Positions 1 through 8,622 of a DNA stretch of 64,000 nt are shown in pieces. Below the pieces are notes generated by a model. The model was not told the DNA's origin, made no database searches, and saw only the letters and a list, made by a program, of their open reading frames with translations. The first letter of the stretch is position 1; every line of letters begins with the position of its first letter. Made by a program: the position numbers and the translations under genes. This DNA comes from a candidate division FCPU426 bacterium. Its GTDB lineage: Bacteria > Oederibacteriota > Muellerivitia > Muellerivitales > Muellerivitaceae. The DNA lies in NCBI GenBank assembly GCA_963738405.1, contig CAVTWJ010000009.1, positions 256,001 to 320,000 of the forward strand, given 5' to 3'.

Positions 1-609
1 TGCGAAAAGCGGGTCCGTATCTTCCTTCGGCCCCACCGCCTCACCCAGCGGGTTTTGAACCACAAAGAAAACAAAAGCTTTTGTCTTGGGTTTGCGGGCA
101 AGAACCATCAGTTCCCTTAAGTGCTTGGAAGCCCTTTCCGATGGCGCGTCGGGGAAGCGGGCGGTTCCGTCCTTTTCTACCAGGGTCACGCATTTCACCT
201 CCACCCAAGCCGTTTCTCCCGTGGTGGTGTTTGTTCCCCTAAAATCAGAGCGGGTGTGGGCGTTCAGGGGCACCTCGGCCTTTAGCTCGGTGTAGGCCTT
301 CAACTCCGGAACCTTTCCCTTCTCCCAGGCTTCCTTTAACAAGCGGGGGGCGATATTGGCTTCGATGCAAACCCACTTGCCCCTGTAATGGGCGAGCCGG
401 ATGGCATAGCGGGTCTTTCGTTGGGTGGTGCCTGGCGGGCCGTGGTCCACCAGGGCCACCCTCGCCCCCGGATAGAGCAATTCCTTTAAGCGCCCCGAAT
501 TAGTGACATGACAGTATTCCTGCCGTCCCTTGACCTGAATATGGGCCCCGAAGCGGTGAAGCCGTTCCAGGAAAAGCCCTTCCACCAATCGTTTTTCCGG
601 CCAGCGCAT
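1..609 (-). CDS. sfsA: SfsA-family DNA/RNA nuclease (sugar fermentation stimulation protein), 3'-truncated by the window edge
   Basis: Manual minus-strand translation from ATG at 609: MRWPEKRLVEGLFLERLHRF...CHVTNSGRLKELLYPG...RKTRY...RSDF...WVEVKCVTL...ARFPDAPSERASKHLRELM, which are SfsA motifs. Absent from the ORF track because it has no stop in the window. Confidence 0.9.
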   Translation of the reverse strand, partial: MRWPEKRLVEGLFLERLHRFGAHIQVKGRQEYCHVTNSGRLKELLYPGARVALVDHGPPGTTQRKTRYAIRLAHYRGKWVCIEANIAPRLLKEAWEKGKVPELKAYTELKAEVPLNAHTRSDFRGTNTTTGETAWVEVKCVTLVEKDGTARFPDAPSERASKHLRELMVLARKPKTKAFVFFVVQNPLGEAVGPKEDTDPLFA

Positions 610-707
610 GGTGAATCCCTGTCCATTACTTGAAAGTTTGAAAATTACCCGCTTTTCTCCAAGCTGGGGTATCCTTCTGCTAAACTAAATAAGCCTTCAT
701 TTTTATC

Positions 708-1691
708 GTGAAAAGAAAACCAATGCCTACAAAAACCCTCCTGAAAGCCTTTATTGTTCTTTTCTTATCCTTTGGTATCGCGGGCCGGGCCTTTTCAACG
801 ACGACCATTCAGGATTTCGATTCGAACGGCCAAACGGACCTGCAAAGCATCTCGGATTTCCTCAACAGCCAATTCACCAAAAGCATGGGCTTTTATAGCA
901 CCTTGGGATGGAATAATCCCCCGGGAGTCTACGACCTGGTGGCCGGTCCCCATTTTGAGATTGGAGTGGGTGTCGGGGCGGACCTGATCCAGGTGACAAG
1001 CTTGAATAACCTGAACCTTCAGGCACTGGCGGGGTCGGCCAACGTGAACCTGCCGGGGGTCTTGCCCGCTCCCTTTCCCGCCGCTACCCTTCGAGTCGGT
1101 TTGGCGAATGGTTTGGATATCGGGTTAAAGCTTCTTTACCTTCCGGAAATTGATTTGTCCGACATCGGTTTTTCGGGGAACTATACGGGATTCGGGGTCG
1201 ACTTCCGCTACCGCATTCTGGAAGGGGCCCAACTGCCCACCCTGACCGTCGGGGTGAGCTGGGACGAAATGCAGGGAAGCATCGGTTTGAATACCACCGT
1301 CAACCAAAGCTCCAGTTACACCGATTCGGGAACCACCTACAGCGCCTCGGTTTCGGGTACCACCAGCTACGCCCTCAATTGGAACGTCCACAGCTTCGGG
1401 GCCAAAGTGGTATTGGGAAAAGACCTGATGGTGGTTTACCCCTTCATCGGGGTGGGGTTCCAGCGTAATTCGGGAAGCGTGGTTTCCACCATCAATCCCC
1501 AATTAGTTACCAACGTTAATGGCGGCAACGGTGCTATCAATACCGTGGTGGTCTCCAACGGCGCTCCCGTGGTTTTCGAGCCCAAGTACGTGGCCGGGTT
1601 GGATTTTGGCCAGGGCCTCCATTGGGCGCTGGTGGGTGAATCCAACGGCTCGGACATTGGGGTCAGCACCAGTTTCCGAATCCAATTTTGA
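708..1691 (+). CDS. Secreted, probable outer-membrane beta-barrel protein (DUF6588-like)
   Basis: Signal peptide (…GIAGRAFS), alternating amphipathic beta-strands, C-terminal Phe (SFRIQF). True start may be ATG 723. Confidence 0.6.
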   Translation: MKRKPMPTKTLLKAFIVLFLSFGIAGRAFSTTTIQDFDSNGQTDLQSISDFLNSQFTKSMGFYSTLGWNNPPGVYDLVAGPHFEIGVGVGADLIQVTSLNNLNLQALAGSANVNLPGVLPAPFPAATLRVGLANGLDIGLKLLYLPEIDLSDIGFSGNYTGFGVDFRYRILEGAQLPTLTVGVSWDEMQGSIGLNTTVNQSSSYTDSGTTYSASVSGTTSYALNWNVHSFGAKVVLGKDLMVVYPFIGVGFQRNSGSVVSTINPQLVTNVNGGNGAINTVVVSNGAPVVFEPKYVAGLDFGQGLHWALVGESNGSDIGVSTSFRIQF

Positions 1692-1698
1692 GCGTGCC

Positions 1699-1908
1699 AT
1701 GCCCGGCGTAAAGAAAATCAATCCTATCTCCTATGTGGACGCGAAAGAATGCACGGGCTGCGAGGCCTGCGTTGTTTCCGTGCCCAAAGTATTCCGCATG
1801 ACCGTGGACGGCGTCGCCGAGGTGTTCGACCCCCAGGGGGACAAGAAAGAATCGATCCAAGAGGCGATGGATGGTTGTCCCGTTTCCTGCATCCACTGGA
1901 AGAAATAA
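1699..1908 (+). CDS. Ferredoxin, single-cluster Fe-S type
   Basis: CTGCEAC...GCPVSCIHW motif in a 69-aa protein starting at the internal ATG 1699 of ORF 1519..1908. Confidence 0.9.
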   Translation: MPGVKKINPISYVDAKECTGCEACVVSVPKVFRMTVDGVAEVFDPQGDKKESIQEAMDGCPVSCIHWKK

Positions 1909-1918
1909 GGGGTCGCGG

Positions 1919-2377
1919 ATGGAAATGAAATCGGGTTGGATGGAAAAACGCCAGTCCGAACGCGTGGACGCTACTGTTAAGGTGACCTACATCGCCATCC
2001 AAAAGCATGAATTGGTCACGGCCCTGGCCGACCCGGCTTACCGCGAATCCACCGTGGACCACCTGCCTGAGCTTTCCAAGCGATCTGCCACCATGCACGC
2101 TGTCACGAGGGACCTTTCCATTAGCGGCATGTCCCTGGTGGGCCAGGAAAATTTTCCAGAGGATTGCGCCCTGCAGATCCAGCTTTACCTGCCGGGCCAG
2201 CCCATCCCCCTGAATCTTTTGGCCGAGGTGGTGCGGGCCGTCCAGGAATCCAACAGCTCGACCGGGGCCACCTTCCGCGCAGGCCTTAAGATACTCGCCC
2301 TCAATAAGCAGGATGTGGCGAAACTGGATAGGTTTTTGCTTGCGGAAAAGATCCGCCTTCGAAATGCCGGAAAGTAA
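1919..2377 (+). CDS. PilZ-domain protein (c-di-GMP receptor)
   Basis: RQSER (RxxxR) and DLSISG (DxSxxG) motifs. Confidence 0.85.
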   Translation: MEMKSGWMEKRQSERVDATVKVTYIAIQKHELVTALADPAYRESTVDHLPELSKRSATMHAVTRDLSISGMSLVGQENFPEDCALQIQLYLPGQPIPLNLLAEVVRAVQESNSSTGATFRAGLKILALNKQDVAKLDRFLLAEKIRLRNAGK

Positions 2378-3236
2378 ACTCGCCGTCCTCACCAGCCTCA
2401 AGGCCGCTGAATACCACACGCCCGGACACCCCGAGCATCCCAACCGCATTCTCTACAGCATGAACCACCTTCAAAAAATCATCGCGCCCGATTTGTTTAT
2501 AGAACCTTCTCCCATTTCGTTGGCTGATGTGGAGGCGGTGCATGGCAAAGCCCAAGTGAAGCTGGTGCAAAGCGGGCGATCGGCGGACCCGGACACTCCC
2601 GGTGGAAAAGGCGTTTACGATGCCAGCCTGTTATCGGCCGGGGCGGCCTACCAAGCGGCGGGATTAGCTTTAAAGGGCCGAATTCCCTTTTCACTCATGC
2701 GGCCTCCCGGTCATCACGCCACGCCGGAAAAATCGATGGGCTTCTGTTATTTCAATTCCATGGCCATCGCCTTGAACAGGCTCTTGGCCGAAGGAACCAT
2801 CAGAAGGGCCGCGGTTTTGGATCTGGACTGCCACCACGGCAACGGCACCGAGGCCTTTTGCCTGGAGAAGGACCCCTATCTCTTCGTCTCCCTGCACCAG
2901 TACCCCTGCTATCCCGGCACGGGCGTGGAAAGCCGGGACAACTGTCGCAACTACCCGCTGGCCCCCCAGACTCGGGAAGGGGTATTTTTTCACGCGATGG
3001 AAAAAGCCATGGAAGAAGTACGAATTTTCAAACCGGACCTGGTGGGGGTTTCTATGGGTTTCGATACTTACGAGCAGGACCCCCTGACCGATTTCGGCCT
3101 GGTGCAAAAGGATTATTACGCCATGGGAAAAGCCGTGACCGCCATGGGATTTCCCGTTTTCTCTCTATTAGAAGGGGGCTATCATCGGGATATGCCGTTG
3201 CTGATTGAGGAGTATTTAGCGGGTTTAACCGCCTGA
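2364..3236 (+). CDS. Histone deacetylase-family Zn-dependent amidohydrolase
   Basis: HPEHPNR, RPPGHHA, GFCYFN, DLDCHHGNGT, GFD..DPL and LEGGY motifs. Confidence 0.92.
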   Translation: MPESKLAVLTSLKAAEYHTPGHPEHPNRILYSMNHLQKIIAPDLFIEPSPISLADVEAVHGKAQVKLVQSGRSADPDTPGGKGVYDASLLSAGAAYQAAGLALKGRIPFSLMRPPGHHATPEKSMGFCYFNSMAIALNRLLAEGTIRRAAVLDLDCHHGNGTEAFCLEKDPYLFVSLHQYPCYPGTGVESRDNCRNYPLAPQTREGVFFHAMEKAMEEVRIFKPDLVGVSMGFDTYEQDPLTDFGLVQKDYYAMGKAVTAMGFPVFSLLEGGYHRDMPLLIEEYLAGLTA

Positions 3237-3243
3237 AATTTTC

Positions 3244-3333
3244 ACCACCAAGACACCAAGAACTGAGTTAGACAAGTTTTTGAAAATGGTGTAAATCCAA
3301 ATCTTTTTTTGTTTTTCTTGGTGTCTTGGTGGT
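3244..3333. repeat. Intergenic palindrome with perfect 19-bp arms built of CACCAAGA units
   Basis: ACCACCAAGACACCAAGAA (3244-3262) and TTCTTGGTGTCTTGGTGGT (3315-3333). Confidence 0.85.
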
Positions 3334-3354
3334 TAGATTGGTTTGAGGTGTTAT

Positions 3355-4125
3355 TTGCGAAACCCCATCATCACTTTACTTACCGACTTTGGAACCAAAG
3401 ACCCCTATGTGGGCATCATGAAAGGCGTCATTCTCGGCATCTGTCCCCACGCCCATTTGGTGGATTTAAGTCATGAGGTCCCGCCCCAAGCCATTCTTAC
3501 CGGTTCTTTTCTTCTTCAGTCCGCCATCGATTATTTTCCTAAGGGCACGATCCATCTGGCAGTTGTGGACCCGGGCGTGGGAAGCCGTCGAAAGACGGTG
3601 GCCTTTAAGTCGCAGGGACAATATTTCGTGGGGCCGGATAATGGGTTGATTCCCGCGGCCTTGAAGGGCTGGAAAATCGAACAGGCGGTCGAATTAACCA
3701 ATAAAAAATACCAGCTTCCCAATGCCAGTTCTACCTTTCATGGGCGGGATGTCTTCGCCCCCGCGGCGGCCTATTTGGCCAAAGGCGTGCCCATGGTCAA
3801 GCTAGGCAAGAAAACCAATAACTGGGTATGGGGTGAAATCCCTAAGCCCTTCAAAACAGCTAAGGGATGGACGGGTCAGGTGATGTGGATGGATCGTTTC
3901 GGTAATTTGATAACGAACCTTGAGAAAAAGCATTTGCCGCATCCTTTTCGACTAAGGGTTGGAAAGACGGTTATTTTGAGTTTTATTAATCATTACGTTG
4001 AGGCCAAAAAGGGAACGGTGGCAGGTCTCATCGGTTCTTCGGGAAAGTTGGAAATTTCTGTGAACAGCGGGAGCGCCGCCCAGAAACTGGGGGTTGGGAT
4101 TGGGGCTTCAGTGGTGTTTTGTTAA
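3355..4125 (+). CDS. SAM hydroxide adenosyltransferase / SAM-dependent chlorinase-fluorinase family (DUF62)
   Basis: TLLTDFG.KD.YVG, AVVDPGVGS.R, GPDNGL, STFHGRDVFAP and DRFGN motifs; TTG start after GAGGTG. Confidence 0.9.
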   Translation: MRNPIITLLTDFGTKDPYVGIMKGVILGICPHAHLVDLSHEVPPQAILTGSFLLQSAIDYFPKGTIHLAVVDPGVGSRRKTVAFKSQGQYFVGPDNGLIPAALKGWKIEQAVELTNKKYQLPNASSTFHGRDVFAPAAAYLAKGVPMVKLGKKTNNWVWGEIPKPFKTAKGWTGQVMWMDRFGNLITNLEKKHLPHPFRLRVGKTVILSFINHYVEAKKGTVAGLIGSSGKLEISVNSGSAAQKLGVGIGASVVFC

Positions 4126-4161
4126 GAAAATAAATCATTCTAGCCCAACCTGGGGAATTTT

Positions 4162-4911
4162 TTGAAGACTCAATCCAAACAAACCTTTTCAGATGGCGGA
4201 GAATTATTTCACTTTGGCGATGGAAGTGAAAAGACGCGTATTTTCTTTTTGGAACGAGATGATTCTTTTCGAGATAAGGAACTCATTGAATATTTAAAAG
4301 AACTCTTTATCGACAAGGAGTTCTCTGTTTCGATTTTTTACCCGCCCAATGCGGCCTTTAAACGCAAAATCGATCCCGATTTTAAGTTGAGGAATAGGCC
4401 GGGAACGCCCTGGAGATTCCTAATGACACTTTCCTTAATCTTTCAGCCGATATATTGGAAATATTTTATTGATTCCCACATCAAAAGAATGGGAACCATC
4501 GAATATCAGGCTCAAAGTTTTGTTAAAGCCTTTCATTCCTTATCCCCCTTGCCGACTTTCATCCTGGGCCGTTCTAGTGGAGCCAGGATTGCCACCCTGG
4601 TCGCGGATCAGCTTGCGGTGGCAGGGCTCATTTGCATCGGCTATCCATTTAGAAATCCAGATGGCGGGGATGAGCCAGCAAGATACCGTCATTTGGAATC
4701 GCTTAAGACACCTTGTCTTCTCCTTCAGGGAGAAAAAGACCCATATGGCGGGTTGGGACTCAATGAAAAGTACAAGTTATCCGAATCTATTTCTTTAAAA
4801 TTTATGAATGTTGATCACGATTTTATTTTGACGGAGGAAGCCAGGATTGAATTTACAGAAATAGTGGACCGCTTTATTCGTGAAAAATTGCCAAAACCGG
4901 GGGTTGGTTAG
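4162..4911 (+). CDS. Alpha/beta-fold hydrolase (KANL3/Tex30-like)
   Basis: GRSSG nucleophile elbow, IGYPF, LLLQGEKDPYG and DHDF; start uncertain. Confidence 0.7.
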   Translation: MKTQSKQTFSDGGELFHFGDGSEKTRIFFLERDDSFRDKELIEYLKELFIDKEFSVSIFYPPNAAFKRKIDPDFKLRNRPGTPWRFLMTLSLIFQPIYWKYFIDSHIKRMGTIEYQAQSFVKAFHSLSPLPTFILGRSSGARIATLVADQLAVAGLICIGYPFRNPDGGDEPARYRHLESLKTPCLLLQGEKDPYGGLGLNEKYKLSESISLKFMNVDHDFILTEEARIEFTEIVDRFIREKLPKPGVG

Positions 4912-4922
4912 TTTTTCTTCAA

Positions 4923-5726
4923 CTAGTTCTCAACCCACTTATTTTCATCTGGCCCGGCCCAAAGAAGTTTGTGCATCTTCGGGTGGATTTTTCCGTTACT
5001 GGCTAAAGCGTTTTGAGCCAGAAGGTCATAGGGCTTCCCTGAAATATCTGTCACCTTGCCGCCAGCCTCCCTTATCAACAAAACTCCCGCCGCCATGTCC
5101 CATGCCTGGATGCCTCGCTCCCAAAAGCCCTCAAACCGCCCAGCCGCTACATAGGCCAGGTTCATGGCCGCCGAGCCATCCCGCCTAACGCCCTGGCTAT
5201 TCAAGACGAAATTTTTAAAATTCTCGAAGTTATAAAAGGTTTCTTTGACCCCATAGGCAAAGCCGGTGCTTAAGAGGCTTTTCGAGAGGGAAGAGGTGGA
5301 AGAAACCTTGATTCGCTTACCGTTTAGGAAGGCGCCCTTGCCCTTTTCGGCTGTAAAGCATTCGTTATTCATGGCGTCGTAAATGACAGCGGATATCGGT
5401 TCTTTTCCTTTAAGTAAGGCGATGGAAACGCAGAAAAAGGGATAGGCATGGGCGAAATTGGTGGTGCCATCCAAAGGATCAACGATCCAAGTGAATTCCG
5501 AATCGCCTGCAAGTTGGCCGCTTTCCTCGCCCCAGAAATTAAAAGCAGGGAAGCGATTGTGCAAAACTGATTGGATCTTTTTCTCGCAAGCTTTATCCAC
5601 CTGGGTGACCAGGTTCAGGGAATTTTCTTTTTTGATTTCTACTTTCAGGGTTTTGCCGTAAAAACGGCGGTGTATTTTCCCTGCGGCTTTCGCGGCTTCA
5701 ATCGCGGCTTTTAACACGGCGCTCAT
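4923..5726 (-). CDS. suhB: Inositol monophosphatase
   Basis: VTQVD, GEE, WIVDPLDGTTNF, RRDGSAA and WDMAAG motifs. Confidence 0.93.
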   Translation of the reverse strand: MSAVLKAAIEAAKAAGKIHRRFYGKTLKVEIKKENSLNLVTQVDKACEKKIQSVLHNRFPAFNFWGEESGQLAGDSEFTWIVDPLDGTTNFAHAYPFFCVSIALLKGKEPISAVIYDAMNNECFTAEKGKGAFLNGKRIKVSSTSSLSKSLLSTGFAYGVKETFYNFENFKNFVLNSQGVRRDGSAAMNLAYVAAGRFEGFWERGIQAWDMAAGVLLIREAGGKVTDISGKPYDLLAQNALASNGKIHPKMHKLLWAGPDENKWVEN

Positions 5727-5869
5727 TTAGGAATCCTTTCGATTTTTGGCAAGGGGTTGGATTTTAGCAACCTTGTCACGGGCCGTCCATGAGGCCCCTT
5801 GACGGGGAAAAGGACCGTTCCTATTTGTACCGTTAGAAATGGAATTCAAATTGTTTCGGAGGTAGCACC

Positions 5870-6331
5870 ATGGATTTACACCAGCTTTCACGCCGAGCCA
5901 ACAGCGGCAACCGCCCTTGGGTGGATTCTCTCGACCAGCTTTTCGAGAGGGTGTTTCAGGACCGTTTTGACAGCGAATGGAAGGGCCTGGGCCCCCATTG
6001 GGTTCCCGCGGTGGATGTGGAGGAAACCGAGAACGAATATCTTTTCAAGGCGGAAATGCCTGGCTTGAAAAAAGAAGACGTCAAGATTTCCCTGTTGGAC
6101 AACGTTCTGACCCTGACGGGTGAAAAGAAAACCGAGGAAAAAAAGACCGATAAGGAAAAGAAATATCACCGTGTGGAAAGGTCCTACGGGTCTTTCCAAC
6201 GGAGTTTCGCCCTTTCATCGCCGATCCAGGGGGATAAGATTTCTGCCTCCTACAGGGATGGGATACTAGAAATCGTTGTTCCCAAGAGCGAGGAATCCAA
6301 ACCGAAGGAAATTGATATCAAGGTCAATTAA
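5870..6331 (+). CDS. Hsp20/alpha-crystallin small heat-shock protein
   Basis: PAVDVEE, AEMPG, ERSYGSFQRSF, ASYRDGILEI.VPK; GGAGG RBS; possible TTGACG-17-TATTTG promoter at 5799-5827. Confidence 0.95.
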   Translation: MDLHQLSRRANSGNRPWVDSLDQLFERVFQDRFDSEWKGLGPHWVPAVDVEETENEYLFKAEMPGLKKEDVKISLLDNVLTLTGEKKTEEKKTDKEKKYHRVERSYGSFQRSFALSSPIQGDKISASYRDGILEIVVPKSEESKPKEIDIKVN

Positions 6332-6372
6332 TCGGTCTGGTAGCGCCAATTCTTTTGTTAATTTGAGTTTTT

Positions 6373-6404
6373 AAAAAGCCCGGGAGCGGATTCCGGGCTT
6401 TTTT
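6373..6404 (+). terminator. Rho-independent terminator after the Hsp20 gene
   Basis: AAAAAGCCCGGGA-GCGGA-TTCCGGGCTTTTTT. Confidence 0.85.
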
Positions 6405-6488
6405 ATTTTGTGTAGAGCATTAAAGGCAGCCGTCTTTGTTTTCGGGTATAATCATTAGGTTCTGATTTACACCTTCCACCCTCGCATA

Positions 6489-6604
6489 TGAAAGCGGTTT
6501 TCCAAAGGGCGGATGAATCTCAAAATTTGTGAAAGCGCGTGAAAGCCTTAAACAAGCTTTAAACCCGGATGAATCTTTTCTGACGTTCAGGAAAAAGCGC
6601 TTTG
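6489..6604. promoter_or_regulatory. LacI-type operator-like sites upstream of the LacI gene
   Basis: TGAAAGCGGTTTTC (6489), TGAAAGCGCG half-site (6530) and AAAGCGCTTT (6594-6603), matching the AAAnCGnTTT core. Confidence 0.65.
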
Positions 6605-6623
6605 AAAGAAAAACGGAGAATTC

Positions 6624-7652
6624 ATGATCACCAGCACCATCTATGACGTGGCCGCAAAGGCGGGCGTTTCCATTTCCACCGTTTCCCGCGTGTTAAATAA
6701 CAATCCCAACGTTTTGGACGAGACCCGCCAAAAGGTCTTGAAGGTGATCGCCGAGCTTCAATTCAAGCCCAACCCCATCGCCCGGGGCCTGGTGGTCAAG
6801 CAAACCAACCTTATCGAGGTTTTCTTTTCCTGGGCGGGTTATGAATTCGGATTCAACAGCCCCTGGTACGCGAAGATTTTGGACGGCATCAACCAGGTGG
6901 TCCAAGAAAACCAATACGGCATCCTCATCAACACCATCGCCGGGGTCTTCGACCCCGAGGAAGTTTACCGCCGGGTGTTCCACAACGCGGTGGACGGTGT
7001 TTTGATGGTGTCGCCCTACCTGGAAGAAAAACAAGTGGCCCAAATGATGGAAAACAGGGTTCCGGTGGTCTTAATCGGCTATCGCACTTTAAACCCGCAC
7101 CTGGATTTCGTGGATAGCGACAATATGCAGGCCGCGGGACAGGTGGTGGATCATCTGGTAAAACTGGGGCATAAAAAAATCGCCATCATCACGGGGCAGC
7201 AAAAAACTTCCCGCAACGCTTCGGACCGTCTTTCCGGTTTCAAACTGGTCATGCACCGCCATGGTTTGACCGTCCCGGAAGAATATATACACGAAGGCGA
7301 CTTTATGAGGGAATCGGGGGAAGAAGGCATGACCCGGTTGTTGAGCTTGCCCGATAAACCCACGGCCGTTTTCGCGAGCAATGATTTGATGGCCTTGGGC
7401 GCCATCAAGTCCCTGGAAAAAGCCAAGCTGAAAGTAGGAAAAGACATGGCCCTAGTGGGCTTTGACGATATCACCGAAGCCTCCCTTCCACCGGTTTCGT
7501 TAACCACCGTCCGGCAGGATTACCGCACCATCAGCGTGGAGGCGGCCCGCATTCTCCTGCAGAAAATACAGACCCCGGAACATTGGCGCCCCAAGCAAAT
7601 GCTGATTCCGACCGAGCTTGTGGTAAGAACTTCCTGCGGATCGAAAAAATAG
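6624..7652 (+). CDS. LacI-family transcriptional regulator
   Basis: HTH TIYDVAAKAGVSISTVSRVLN, hinge PNPIARGL, sugar-binding domain (FASNDLMALG, GFDD, LTTVRQD). Confidence 0.96.
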   Translation: MITSTIYDVAAKAGVSISTVSRVLNNNPNVLDETRQKVLKVIAELQFKPNPIARGLVVKQTNLIEVFFSWAGYEFGFNSPWYAKILDGINQVVQENQYGILINTIAGVFDPEEVYRRVFHNAVDGVLMVSPYLEEKQVAQMMENRVPVVLIGYRTLNPHLDFVDSDNMQAAGQVVDHLVKLGHKKIAIITGQQKTSRNASDRLSGFKLVMHRHGLTVPEEYIHEGDFMRESGEEGMTRLLSLPDKPTAVFASNDLMALGAIKSLEKAKLKVGKDMALVGFDDITEASLPPVSLTTVRQDYRTISVEAARILLQKIQTPEHWRPKQMLIPTELVVRTSCGSKK

Positions 7653-7761
7653 GCTTTTACCCCGGGAAGCCCCGCAAGACACGAAGATTGCGGGCCCTCA
7701 GGGAGGCTGTTACAATGCGACGGTTGCGCCCAATCCCGTCTAATCCATCTGAGGAAACAAT

Positions 7762-8544
7762 ATGAGACTTTTCTTGCAATTCCTGATCGTCGTCCTAGTT
7801 TTAGCCCTCATTTATTTCGTGGCGCAGGGACTGGGCTTGACCAAGGGTTTCAACAAGAAAAAGGAATCCAAGCGGATTATGGTCATCAACGACTTTGAGG
7901 ACCCGGACATGGACCTGGATTGGGGCACCGGCGGTTACGTGAAAATGGAAAGCTCCACCGAAAACCTGACCCACGGCAAACGCTCGGCCATGGCGACCTT
8001 CCTTCTGGAAGGACAGTTTTACCCCACCCCGACCCCAGGCCCGAACGCGCCGCCCACGGCCACTCCCGCGCCGCCGACCCCCACGCCCAACCCGAAGGTG
8101 AAGATTGTTCCCACCTCCGTACCCAGGGGCAAGGTCAGCCCGACGCCGGTCATTGACACCACCCAGATGACGCCCCCCCCGATTTCGTCCTGGCAGCCCA
8201 CCCTGGCCCTGGACACCGATTCGCCGACCCCATTGAAGGTTTACGACTGGTCCGATTACGACACCCTGAACCTGGACGTCTTTAACCCCCAGGGTCAGCC
8301 CATCACCTGGCACATCAAGGTGGCGGATTCCAAATCCTTCACCCACGAGTCCTGGGGCGTGATGGAACCCAAGAAGGTCGCCAATTTGGCCGTGACCTTC
8401 ACTGACTTCACAAACGAAAGGCTGGATTTGACCAACATGCGCTCCATCCAATTTTGGGTGGATACGACGGGGATGACCCAGGCTCCGGTGGTTTACCTGG
8501 ATTACCTCAGGCTCGAAGGGGCCTTGACCCCCAAGAAAAAATAA
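7762..8544 (+). CDS. Membrane-anchored carbohydrate-binding-module-like protein with Pro/Thr insertion
   Basis: N-terminal TM helix; INDFE...DWSDYDTLNLDVFNP...LDLTNMRSIQFW...VYLDYLRL jelly-roll pattern. Confidence 0.6.
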   Translation: MRLFLQFLIVVLVLALIYFVAQGLGLTKGFNKKKESKRIMVINDFEDPDMDLDWGTGGYVKMESSTENLTHGKRSAMATFLLEGQFYPTPTPGPNAPPTATPAPPTPTPNPKVKIVPTSVPRGKVSPTPVIDTTQMTPPPISSWQPTLALDTDSPTPLKVYDWSDYDTLNLDVFNPQGQPITWHIKVADSKSFTHESWGVMEPKKVANLAVTFTDFTNERLDLTNMRSIQFWVDTTGMTQAPVVYLDYLRLEGALTPKKK

Positions 8545-8562
8545 ATCGCTTCTTTCAAAAAC

Positions 8563-8599
8563 AAAAAAGGGTTCAGGCTTTAGCCTGAACCCTTTTTTT
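8563..8599. terminator. Bidirectional terminator between convergent genes
   Basis: AAAAAAGGGTTCAGGCT-TT-AGCCTGAACCCTTTTTTT. Confidence 0.9.
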
Positions 8600-8622
8600 A
8601 TAGTTGAGCTTGGGAGTGTGTT

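Noticed and set aside
3355..4125. Possible fluorinase/chlorinase
   Set aside because: It retains the Asp/Arg/His residues typical of DUF62 SAM hydrolases and there is no halometabolite cluster nearby.
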